64,000 bases of DNA. Origin: a virus (Duplodnaviria > Caudoviricetes). The notes under the pieces are model-generated. The model was not told where the DNA came from. It worked only from the letters and a program-made list of their open reading frames with translations, and searched no databases. Within the stretch, counting starts at the first letter, position 1, and each line of letters starts with the position of its first letter. The stretch is from the IMG/VR virus record IMGVR_UViG_2974602649_000001, positions 39,219 through 103,218 of that record, one strand, 5' to 3'. Made by a program: the position numbers and the translations under genes. Below, one piece after another: positions 1 to 6,589 of this stretch.

Positions 1-580
1 AGCGAACCATGTCAATTACAAACTGACGGGGCTTATCGTTACCAACAAGAGCCCAATCGAAAGGGCCACGATCCGACATTTCGGCAACGGTTCCGTCAAT
101 GTCAACAATGACCGTTTCAGGCTTTGTAACATCAGGTTTGTGAGTAGGTCGTTGAATGTATTCATTCCACTTCTCCCATTGGTTGTAGATAACACTCTGA
201 CCAACACCATTGTATCGGTGAGTATCCCGCTTCCAAGCCTCTTCCAAGGTGATTGGGAGTGCATGAATACTAACCTCATACCCAAGGTCTGTCAACTGGG
301 TAATCAGCTTCTGTCGAACGCTTGGGTTCAAGTTGGTATCACTGATGATAACATTCTCTTCCTTGCCCCACGCTTCCATGATCATCTGACCTTGGATTTC
401 TGTAACTTTCTTTTCGTTATCATTTGTGAACTTATAATTACGCCAGTCGCTACCCGGGGAAACCACATTGAATCGAATCCAGTCACGGTTGATTTCAACG
501 TAGCCGTACTTTTCAACCAGTTCTGCTGCATAAGTTGACTTCCCGCTGGTGGAAATCCCAACTGTCAATACTGCGTGCAT
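1..580 (-). CDS. pseT: Polynucleotide 5'-kinase/3'-phosphatase (T4 PseT-like), 3' end outside the window
   Basis: Not in the ORF track (no stop in window). Hand translation from ATG at 580 (SD AGGAGAG): MHAVLTVGISTSGKSTYA (P-loop)...EINRDWIRF...IISDTNLN...VIVDIDGTVA (HAD DxDGT motif). Confidence 0.92.
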   Translation of the reverse strand, partial: MHAVLTVGISTSGKSTYAAELVEKYGYVEINRDWIRFNVVSPGSDWRNYKFTNDNEKKVTEIQGQMIMEAWGKEENVIISDTNLNPSVRQKLITQLTDLGYEVSIHALPITLEEAWKRDTHRYNGVGQSVIYNQWEKWNEYIQRPTHKPDVTKPETVIVDIDGTVAEMSDRGPFDWALVGNDKPRQFVIDMVR

Positions 581-592
581 ATTTCTCTCCTG

Positions 593-778
593 TCAACCAA
601 TAGTTGTATTTGTTAATTCATAGTCATGATAAGATTGTCGCCACCCGACTCGCATCGAATTCAATAACCATGCCGCTGTTTCACCTCGTTCTGGTTTGAA
701 TGTCATCCAGTCAAAACGATTAACCCATTCTGAATTTTCGTAATCTTTTGTCCTGAAATAGACAATAAGTGTTTTCAT
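593..778 (-). CDS. Hypothetical protein
   Basis: ATGA overlap with the ligase stop; MKTLIVYF... Confidence 0.6.
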   Translation of the reverse strand: MKTLIVYFRTKDYENSEWVNRFDWMTFKPERGETAAWLLNSMRVGWRQSYHDYELTNTTIG

Positions 779-1917
779 ACCATCATCCACTTACGAAGCA
801 TGTCCATCTTGAAGGTAGTTTTCATACCATGGAACACTTGCACCGGATCCTTGTTGTCGCGTCGTGCCATGAAGTACACGGATGCTTTTTGTTTGTCAAT
901 ACCCGCGTGCTTAATTGCTGCTGCAAACGCCTTTGGTGTGGTCGCTTGGTTAAGACGCGGATAAGTTACAGCAATAATGTTCAACATGTCAAGCAGAGAA
1001 TCTACATACGGTTGAATAATTGGTCGGTCTTCTGGGAAGTACGACAGGTATTCGTCATGCTCACCACTCAGAACAAGTTCCATGATCCGCTTAGGATTCA
1101 AACCCTCACCACGAATATGGTGAACAGCAACATATGCTGGAGACTTGATCTTCGCAATTGGCACAGCATTCTGATAGACAATGAAGCCTTCATCAAGGTT
1201 TTTCAGTTCTTTTGCCGCTTGCAGTGCTTCATCCGCAGAACCAAGAGCATAACGCTTTGGATGTTTCACAATTCCATACAGAATGCAATCTGGGCTTCGC
1301 AGCCAATCCCGGCATTCTTCACTGTAATTACCGCTCACATTATCACGAGCAGCAAGGAAGTGAAGGTTGTAACCATGATAATGACGAACAACACGGTTCT
1401 CAACGCAAGTCAATTCAAAAAGATACGTTGTATCTCGGAACAAATATGCGTTATTCATCAGATACTGGAACCCGTCATCATCATGCACTTTGAGTGCGTT
1501 AAACACGAGTTCCTTGAAAGTAATACCATGACCCATGCACTCGCTTTCAGCAAACGCTGTGCCTCGTGTGGCGACTTCCCAGCGGCCTTTATGGAAGTAG
1601 ATCTTGATCAGCGAACCATCAACCTTTTCAAAGATGCTGGCATTTTCCCAGTCAATCTCTGGCATGACATTCAGTGCTTCACCGTAGTTGAAGAATCGGT
1701 CGAATGGTCGAGCCACGACAGTCAGGTCATTGTCAATGATAAGACCACGGCATTCTTGCACGATTGGGTGAGTCTTCGGACTGTCAATCTGGCTGTAGTT
1801 CAATACGATCAGACCTTCATCTTCGTAAATCTTCGCCTTGATACCAAGTTCAAGATGTAGAGAAGCAAGGCCGTCAGTGATGGATGGTGCGTTCTTCAGG
1901 AATTCAATAACTTTCAT
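775..1917 (-). CDS. rnlA: RNA ligase 1 (T4 Rnl1/RnlA family)
   Basis: ECRGLI, RPFDRFFN, EKVDGSLI (adenylation KxDG), FELT, EGFIV, KIKS; same strand as and two genes upstream of pseT. Confidence 0.9.
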   Translation of the reverse strand: MKVIEFLKNAPSITDGLASLHLELGIKAKIYEDEGLIVLNYSQIDSPKTHPIVQECRGLIIDNDLTVVARPFDRFFNYGEALNVMPEIDWENASIFEKVDGSLIKIYFHKGRWEVATRGTAFAESECMGHGITFKELVFNALKVHDDDGFQYLMNNAYLFRDTTYLFELTCVENRVVRHYHGYNLHFLAARDNVSGNYSEECRDWLRSPDCILYGIVKHPKRYALGSADEALQAAKELKNLDEGFIVYQNAVPIAKIKSPAYVAVHHIRGEGLNPKRIMELVLSGEHDEYLSYFPEDRPIIQPYVDSLLDMLNIIAVTYPRLNQATTPKAFAAAIKHAGIDKQKASVYFMARRDNKDPVQVFHGMKTTFKMDMLRKWMMV

Positions 1918-2120
1918 TTCAGTTCTCCTTTGAGTTCGGTAAGAATAGTGATCAGGTTGTCGATTTCGTCATCGTAAATTGCAATGGATTCACCGTCATG
2001 TTTATCTGACAATGTGACGAGAACAAATCCACCATCATGCTTGGAAATCAATGATACTCGAATATCTGTATCGTGTCCATCTTTTGTTTTCAGGTCAATG
2101 CTTTTAATTTCGATAGCCAT
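1914..2120 (-). CDS. Hypothetical protein
   Basis: Coupled ORF with SD GAGG. Confidence 0.7.
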   Translation of the reverse strand: MAIEIKSIDLKTKDGHDTDIRVSLISKHDGGFVLVTLSDKHDGESIAIYDDEIDNLITILTELKGELK

Positions 2121-2122
2121 TA

Positions 2123-2338
2123 CTACACCTCAACAATTCGTGGGTAGCCATAAATAACTTCAAAACAAACAGGGCATGCGACAGTAGCATACTCTCCGTC
2201 TCGCTGACCATTATAATGGGTTACGGCGTCTTCCCTGAGGAACCTAACCTCCGTACCACACGATGTTGAATAACCTTTGCACTCACCGAAGAATAACTTT
2301 CGCGTTACAGTACCACGTTTCAGAATTTCAACTGCCAT
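2123..2338 (-). CDS. Zinc-ribbon hypothetical protein
   Basis: C-x6-C ... CPVC; SD AGGAG. Confidence 0.65.
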   Translation of the reverse strand: MAVEILKRGTVTRKLFFGECKGYSTSCGTEVRFLREDAVTHYNGQRDGEYATVACPVCFEVIYGYPRIVEV

Positions 2339-2349
2339 GATATTACTCC

Positions 2350-2541
2350 TTATTTCATCTTAACGCAAATGAATTTTGCAGAACCTTTCGTATAGTAGTT
2401 AGAAGGTGGTGCTGGGATCTGGTTACCTGCCTCTACGCAAAGGTCATACGTTGCGAATCCCGGCATGAATTCAGTGTGCGTGCTGCCATCGGTACGGTAG
2501 TCAGATCCAATCAGAGCGGTAGTAAGAATGAGTGCCCACAT
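2350..2541 (-). CDS. Small secreted or membrane-anchored hypothetical protein
   Basis: Start moved to MWALILT after SD AAGGAG; hydrophobic N-terminus and two Cys. Confidence 0.6.
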   Translation of the reverse strand: MWALILTTALIGSDYRTDGSTHTEFMPGFATYDLCVEAGNQIPAPPSNYYTKGSAKFICVKMK

Positions 2542-2575
2542 AATGCTTCTCCTTGTGTCGTTGTTGATTGTCGTC

Positions 2576-2603
2576 ATTCTACACGAGGGAAAACCCTTGT
2601 CAA
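2576..2603 (-). promoter_or_regulatory. Sigma70-like promoter for the leftward operon
   Basis: Minus strand TTGACA-N16-TAGAAT. Confidence 0.65.
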
Positions 2604-2627
2604 CCCCTTGACTTCATTTTCGATGCA

Positions 2628-2740
2628 GGACAAAATGTCCATCATTGAATGCCCGATGGTGGACAAAATGTCCTATTGATGGTGGACAAAATGTCCTACT
2701 AGAGAGATAGACAGATAGAGATAGAAAATATAAGATAGAG
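2628..2740. repeat. Three palindromic GGACA-AAA-TGTCC boxes plus an AGATAG-repeat purine tract; iteron/origin-like
   Basis: Boxes at 2628-2640, 2661-2673, 2684-2696; 21-bp direct repeat GATGGTGGACAAAATGTCCTA at 2655 and 2678; AGATAG x4 in 2701-2740. Confidence 0.85.
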
Positions 2741-2782
2741 TCTAAAAGCAAAAGCGGCTGGCACAGGTTATAGGAGAGCAGT

Positions 2783-3193
2783 GTGTTTTACAAATTTTCA
2801 CAAGACCTGTGTAGAGCACACGGGTTCATTAGCTACACTACAGGTGAGGAGGTTGGGTTCACCCCAGCCGCCAAGATCATCTACACATACATGCTTCATA
2901 GGTTCATGTTTCACGTAGTGAAAGAAGGTAGGGAGTACTTTGAAAGTCAATCAACGATAGGTGAGCAGTGTGGATTAGACACAAAGACAGTACAAAGACA
3001 ACTGAAGGTACTGGTCACTCATGGTGTGATTGCTAGCGAGAAAGCAGCAAAGACAGGTGGTGGTCATGCTAGGAACAAGTACACACGGATTCGTACCGAC
3101 ATGACTCTTGTGTATGCGCAAAATAAAGTGGTTGACACAACCCTAGCACCTGATACAATTGACGAACAATTTGATATGGAGGAATGGATATGA
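2783..3193 (+). CDS. Helix-turn-helix DNA-binding protein, replication-initiator-like
   Basis: YFESQSTIGEQCGLDTKTVQRQLKVLVTHGVI winged-HTH pattern; SD AGGAG, GTG start. Confidence 0.7.
   Translation: MFYKFSQDLCRAHGFISYTTGEEVGFTPAAKIIYTYMLHRFMFHVVKEGREYFESQSTIGEQCGLDTKTVQRQLKVLVTHGVIASEKAAKTGGGHARNKYTRIRTDMTLVYAQNKVVDTTLAPDTIDEQFDMEEWI
3132..3159 (+). promoter_or_regulatory. Sigma70-like promoter
   Basis: TTGACA-N16-TACAAT with extended TGn. Confidence 0.55.
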
Positions 3194-3384
3194 TCAACAT
3201 TTCATCACTAAACGACCAACGATTGAAAGAGTACAAGAAAACCCTGTACCGCGCACAAGCGTTGCACTACGAAACTTGTGAGTGTTGCAAGGAGCGTCAC
3301 ATCCACAATCTTGTTGGCTATAACGAGGTTGCCGACAGAATCAAGGCGGTATCTATTGAACAAATGAGCAGGAGATTGAAATGA
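3190..3384 (+). CDS. Hypothetical protein
   Basis: ATGA overlap, SD GGAGG; CECC motif. Confidence 0.65.
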   Translation: MINISSLNDQRLKEYKKTLYRAQALHYETCECCKERHIHNLVGYNEVADRIKAVSIEQMSRRLK

Positions 3385-3647
3385 ACAGTGTAGACGTTTT
3401 TATTGTGATTCGTGACATGGGTTATGACGGTGAGGCTCTGGCTGGCATCTACCAGCGAAAGGAGGATGCTGAGTACATCCGTGACCATCTGGAGGCAATC
3501 CGTGTTAACGAATTGTGGGATAACTGGAAGCGCTGGAAGGTAGCAGACATCTCCGGTGAGCATGATTGCTCATTCGACCACTATCGACTGATATTCTGTG
3601 AGCGTCACGATGAATTCCGAGTGGAAGAGGAGGACATGTACGTATGA
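3381..3647 (+). CDS. Hypothetical protein
   Basis: Coupled ORF, SD AGGAG. Confidence 0.7.
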   Translation: MNSVDVFIVIRDMGYDGEALAGIYQRKEDAEYIRDHLEAIRVNELWDNWKRWKVADISGEHDCSFDHYRLIFCERHDEFRVEEEDMYV

Positions 3648-3781
3648 TTCCATCAGTGCCAGCAGAAGCTCTTACGCTTCGTTCTGGAGCGATCATTTGG
3701 ATCGCAGTACCATTGGACCCAGAAGATGCGTTTAGCTCTCTAAACGAGCCAGAGGATCTTTCACGCTATGGTTTGTGATGG

Positions 3782-3811
3782 TTGACATATCTAATAATCA
3801 TACGATACAGT
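3782..3811 (+). promoter_or_regulatory. Sigma70-like promoter
   Basis: TTGACA-N18-TACAGT in an intergenic gap. Confidence 0.5.
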
Positions 3812-3871
3812 AAAGAGACTATTCGATCAAATCATGATCCCTCCATTAACTAACCAATAGGAACCATCAAC

Positions 3872-4066
3872 ATGAAGGACGTACCCAATACCCAATACGA
3901 AGAAATTATGCAAGCCTTAGAAAAGGTAGACGAATTCATTGAGCAGAACGGAGTAGTTGAATTCGAAGACACCAAAGACCCTGATCGACCTTTCCGTATG
4001 GAGTATGCATTCGAATCAGAGACTGTCAGTGAAACTCGTTATCGCCGGAGGGATATTGATGTCTAA
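3872..4066 (+). CDS. Acidic hypothetical protein
   Basis: ORF downstream of promoter. Confidence 0.6.
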   Translation: MKDVPNTQYEEIMQALEKVDEFIEQNGVVEFEDTKDPDRPFRMEYAFESETVSETRYRRRDIDV

Positions 4067-4171
4067 GAAAACAGGCAGTAAGAAGCCAGCCCCAAAACTT
4101 CCAAAGAAGATCATTGATAAGTCACAGCCTGATCGTAAGAAACAATCTTTATACGTTTATGCTTAGTAGTG

Positions 4172-4201
4172 TTGACAAACAGCAATTTGCTTTGCTAATA
4201 T
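4172..4201 (+). promoter_or_regulatory. Promoter for the tRNA cluster
   Basis: TTGACA-N18-TAATAT with TGn. Confidence 0.65.
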
Positions 4202-4329
4202 AGATTTTATGAATAGAGCAAAGCTTGTTGCGGATGTGTCAGTCTACAGCCCTCTCCTCTGGAGATTGGATGAAGCATCAAGCTCTTTCCTGAGCAGAGT
4301 GTGTATTGGTCCTTACTCAGTAAAATTCT

Positions 4330-4404
4330 TCCGGGTTAGCTCAGTGGTAGAGCAGAGTCTTGATAAGGCTTTGGTCGGTGGTTCGAATCCATCACCCGGA
4401 ACCA
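4330..4404 (+). tRNA. tRNA-Ile(GAU)
   Basis: Acceptor TCCGGGT/ACCCGGA-ACCA, anticodon arm GAGTC-TTGATAA-GGCTT, T-loop TTCGAAT. Confidence 0.93.
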
Positions 4405-4409
4405 AATAT

Positions 4410-4483
4410 GGGAAAATAGCTAATTTGGTAGAAGCTGGGGGCGGAAACCCCTGTAGGTCTTGGTTCGATTCCAAGTTTTCCCC
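4410..4483 (+). tRNA. Aberrant tRNA (Phe-like), non-canonical anticodon loop, no encoded CCA
   Basis: GGGAAAA/TTTTCCC acceptor, D and T arms intact (CTTGG-TTCGATT-CCAAG); anticodon arm GGGGG-CGGAAA-CCCCT lacks U33. Confidence 0.7.
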
Positions 4484-4492
4484 ACGTATTAT

Positions 4493-4568
4493 TCCTCGGT
4501 AGCTCAGTTGGTAGAGCGCCTGACTGTTAATCAGGTGGTCATTGGTTCGAGTCCAGTCCGGGGAGCCA
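4493..4568 (+). tRNA. tRNA-Asn(GUU)
   Basis: TCCTCGG/CCGGGGA-GCCA; CCTGA-CTGTTAA-TCAGG. Confidence 0.95.
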
Positions 4569-4572
4569 ATTT

Positions 4573-4648
4573 AGGTTACTAGCTCAATTGGAAGAGCAGC
4601 GGATTCCAAATCCGCCGGTTCGGGGTTCGAATCCTCGGTAACCTGCCA
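4573..4648 (+). tRNA. tRNA-Trp(CCA)
   Basis: AGGTTAC/GTAACCT-GCCA; GCGGA-TTCCAAA-TCCGC. Confidence 0.95.
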
Positions 4649-4720
4649 AAGTCAGATGGTCTTTGTTAGACTGTTAAAACTCACCACCCTCCTAAGGTGG
4701 TGATCCATTCAGGAGATGAA

Positions 4721-4906
4721 ATGAAGCGCGAAGTGAAAGATTTGATGCGTGTTTATCAGTGTTGTCCCGGTCATGATGATTGGCCTTGTGACACATACAA
4801 AAACAGGCGTTCAAAGAAAGCTCGTTCACGAGACATTGCCAAAGAGCATCGTTATGTAAGGCGAGTAAAAAAGCAAAACTTGAAAAAGGAGATTGAAAAT
4901 GACTAA
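4721..4906 (+). CDS. Basic hypothetical protein inside the tRNA cluster
   Basis: SD AGGAG; CCPGHD and K/R-rich C-terminus. Confidence 0.7.
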   Translation: MKREVKDLMRVYQCCPGHDDWPCDTYKNRRSKKARSRDIAKEHRYVRRVKKQNLKKEIEND

Positions 4907-5024
4907 GTTTTATGATGCAACAAAAGAACACACCAAGTTTGAAAAGTCTGAAGGTAAATCGAAGGCTCACCCAAACAAAGGTCTGACTTCCCGCAACCCA
5001 TACTCGGGTAAGTCGAAGTCGTAA
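4899..5024 (+). CDS. 41-aa basic hypothetical protein
   Basis: SD AAGGAG; MTKFYDATKEH...SKS; below the ORF-track cut-off. Confidence 0.55.
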   Translation: MTKFYDATKEHTKFEKSEGKSKAHPNKGLTSRNPYSGKSKS

Positions 5025-5065
5025 GTCGCTCAAGGGCAGCGAGTTAGAAATGCCCACAAGAATAC

Positions 5066-5141
5066 GCTGTCATAGCTCAACGGTAGCAGCAACTGTTTTG
5101 TAATCAGTAGGTTGGGAGTTCAAATCTCTCTGACAGCACCA
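5066..5141 (+). tRNA. tRNA-Thr(UGU)
   Basis: GCTGTCA/TGACAGC-ACCA; ACTGT-TTTGTAA-TCAGT. Confidence 0.92.
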
Positions 5142-5145
5142 ATAA

Positions 5146-5221
5146 CTCCTCTTAGCTCAGTTGGTAGAGTGCCCTGTTTGGAACGGGGAAGTCGAAGGTT
5201 CGAGTCCTTCAGGGGTGACCA
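5146..5221 (+). tRNA. tRNA-Pro(UGG)
   Basis: CTCCTCT/AGGGGTG-ACCA; CCCTG-TTTGGAA-CGGGG. Confidence 0.92.
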
Positions 5222-5336
5222 ATATGCAGAGAGTCGTGGAGACTCTTAAACGATTAGGTGAAAAAGACCTGCATCTGCACCCAAATACAATTACCCGACA
5301 AGGAATTGTAGGTGACACATAAGTCACAACACACAG

Positions 5337-5363
5337 ACCCCGCCACAAGCGGGGTTTTGTTTT
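5337..5363 (+). terminator. Intrinsic terminator closing the tRNA cluster
   Basis: ACCCCGC-CACAA-GCGGGGT-TTTGTTTT. Confidence 0.85.
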
Positions 5364-5372
5364 GCCTGCGAT

Positions 5373-5402
5373 TTGACAAATATCACAAGTAGTTGGTAAT
5401 AT
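5373..5402 (+). promoter_or_regulatory. Promoter upstream of terS
   Basis: TTGACA-N18-TAATAT with TGn. Confidence 0.65.
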
Positions 5403-5431
5403 CAATAGATAGTTGACTAAAAGGAGTCATT

Positions 5432-5857
5432 ATGTACGAAGAAGACGAAGACGTTGGCGAAAGTCCACTTCATGCTGGACATTTCAAACCCGGGCAATCC
5501 GGTAATCCAGCAGGTAGGCCGAAAGGCACAAAGAACAAACCACGCAGTAAGATGCGAGTAACCCTTGAGAAACTTTATACTATTCAAGACGATGCTATTG
5601 AAACCATTCGTCATGAACTCACAGGCAAGGACAAGGACGGTAACCCAGTTAAAGCACCACCAAAGACTAAGGTTGACATGGCAAAGTTTGTTGTGAAAGC
5701 TATCGAATCATACAACAACACCTGCCTTGCTGAAGAAACTAAAATTCTGAATGTCAAGAAAGATGACCCACAAGGTGCTGAACAACTTACTGAAAACCAA
5801 CAAGACAAACCCATTCAACCGGGATTCAGCCTGAGCATGTCAGATGAATCCGCATAA
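5432..5857 (+). CDS. terS: Terminase small subunit (putative)
   Basis: FKPGQSGNPAGRPKG motif typical of small terminases; upstream of terL. Confidence 0.75.
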   Translation: MYEEDEDVGESPLHAGHFKPGQSGNPAGRPKGTKNKPRSKMRVTLEKLYTIQDDAIETIRHELTGKDKDGNPVKAPPKTKVDMAKFVVKAIESYNNTCLAEETKILNVKKDDPQGAEQLTENQQDKPIQPGFSLSMSDESA

Positions 5858-5866
5858 GGAGTAATT

Positions 5867-6100
5867 ATGTACATTGATCCAAAGAGATTTGAAATTAGTG
5901 ACCGTAGTGAATCATTCAGTACTTATAATCTGAACATTTCAGATAACTGTGTTGCTGGTTTGGGCCTAGGTCTAGGACACAGTGTCGAGACACTCCCTTA
6001 CCAGATCACTCAATATAAGCCAGAAAAACCATTCGTCGTAATTGACGGTGTAGTGTATGTTAACGCAAAATTCATTAAGGAGAACACCATTGAAGTATGA
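5867..6100 (+). CDS. 77-aa protein resembling the gpJ C-terminal (DUF1983-like) region
   Basis: VAGLGLG...PFVVIDGVVYVNAKFIKENTI matches this phage's gpJ VAAGIGLG...PFVVQGGQVFIADAMINKATI; SD AAGGAG. Confidence 0.7.
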   Translation: MYIDPKRFEISDRSESFSTYNLNISDNCVAGLGLGLGHSVETLPYQITQYKPEKPFVVIDGVVYVNAKFIKENTIEV

Positions 6101-6503
6101 AATTCGAGTAACCAGTATTGATCCACTTGGCTTCAGTATGCTCAACGATGTCATCAGGCTCGCCGCTGAAGGCGCTGTGCTCAAAGAAGGTGTCTACCCT
6201 GTGCTCAGCTTCCCATACATCGTAACTCTTGAAATTGAGGCAGATGAGCCTCCTGTAGCGAGTGCTACTGTTCGAGTCTTCGAAATGGAATCGCGAAAAG
6301 AGATTCTTCCACCAGTTGCAGAACCAGTTAAGGCGAGTACTTTCTCTCTGGGTGAAGATCCTGACAAAGTATATACACGGGAAGAGTTGGATGCAATGGA
6401 GTGGACTCAAGTTCAAGACATCGCACGCAATAAAGGAATCACGGGCAAGCAAAGGAACAAAGTAACTAACGCTTATCTGGCTCTTTTCGATAAAAGTCAA
6501 TAA
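6090..6503 (+). CDS. Hypothetical protein with a C-terminal Rho-N/HeH-like helical motif
   Basis: TTG start after SD AAGGAG; YTREELDAMEWTQVQDIARNKGITG. Confidence 0.7.
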   Translation: MKYEIRVTSIDPLGFSMLNDVIRLAAEGAVLKEGVYPVLSFPYIVTLEIEADEPPVASATVRVFEMESRKEILPPVAEPVKASTFSLGEDPDKVYTREELDAMEWTQVQDIARNKGITGKQRNKVTNAYLALFDKSQ

Positions 6504-6512
6504 TAACTGATT

Positions 6513-6549
6513 GCCCCTATTGACAAACATGGGGGCTTTCCTACATAAT
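6513..6549 (+). promoter_or_regulatory. Overlapping hairpin and promoter upstream of terL
   Basis: GCCCCTAT/ATGGGGGC-TTT hairpin whose loop holds most of TTGACA (6520); CATAAT at 6544 (N18). Confidence 0.6.
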
Positions 6550-6589
6550 AAGTCTTATGTGGAGGATAAAGCTCTACTAGGAGGATTGA

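Noticed and set aside
769-1860. Long antisense ORFs (also 8417..9988, 11536..12597, 16661..17851, 22252..23904, 26797..27969, 49468..50484, 55178..56338)
   Set aside because: They lie opposite well-supported genes, have no motifs or SD, and are expected shadows of codon bias.
2628-2698. Repeats read as a mini CRISPR array
   Set aside because: Repeats are 13-21 bp with 2-20 bp gaps, too short and irregular; no cas genes.
4209-4502. ORF-track ORFs over the tRNA cluster (4209..4502, 5157..5405) and over the promoter region (42960..43349)
   Set aside because: They overlap tRNAs or promoters and lack SD and coding character.
4899-5060. tmRNA-like element (short ORF plus pseudoknot)
   Set aside because: No tRNA-Ala-like ends, the pseudoknot is downstream of the ORF, and the ORF has its own SD and ATG.
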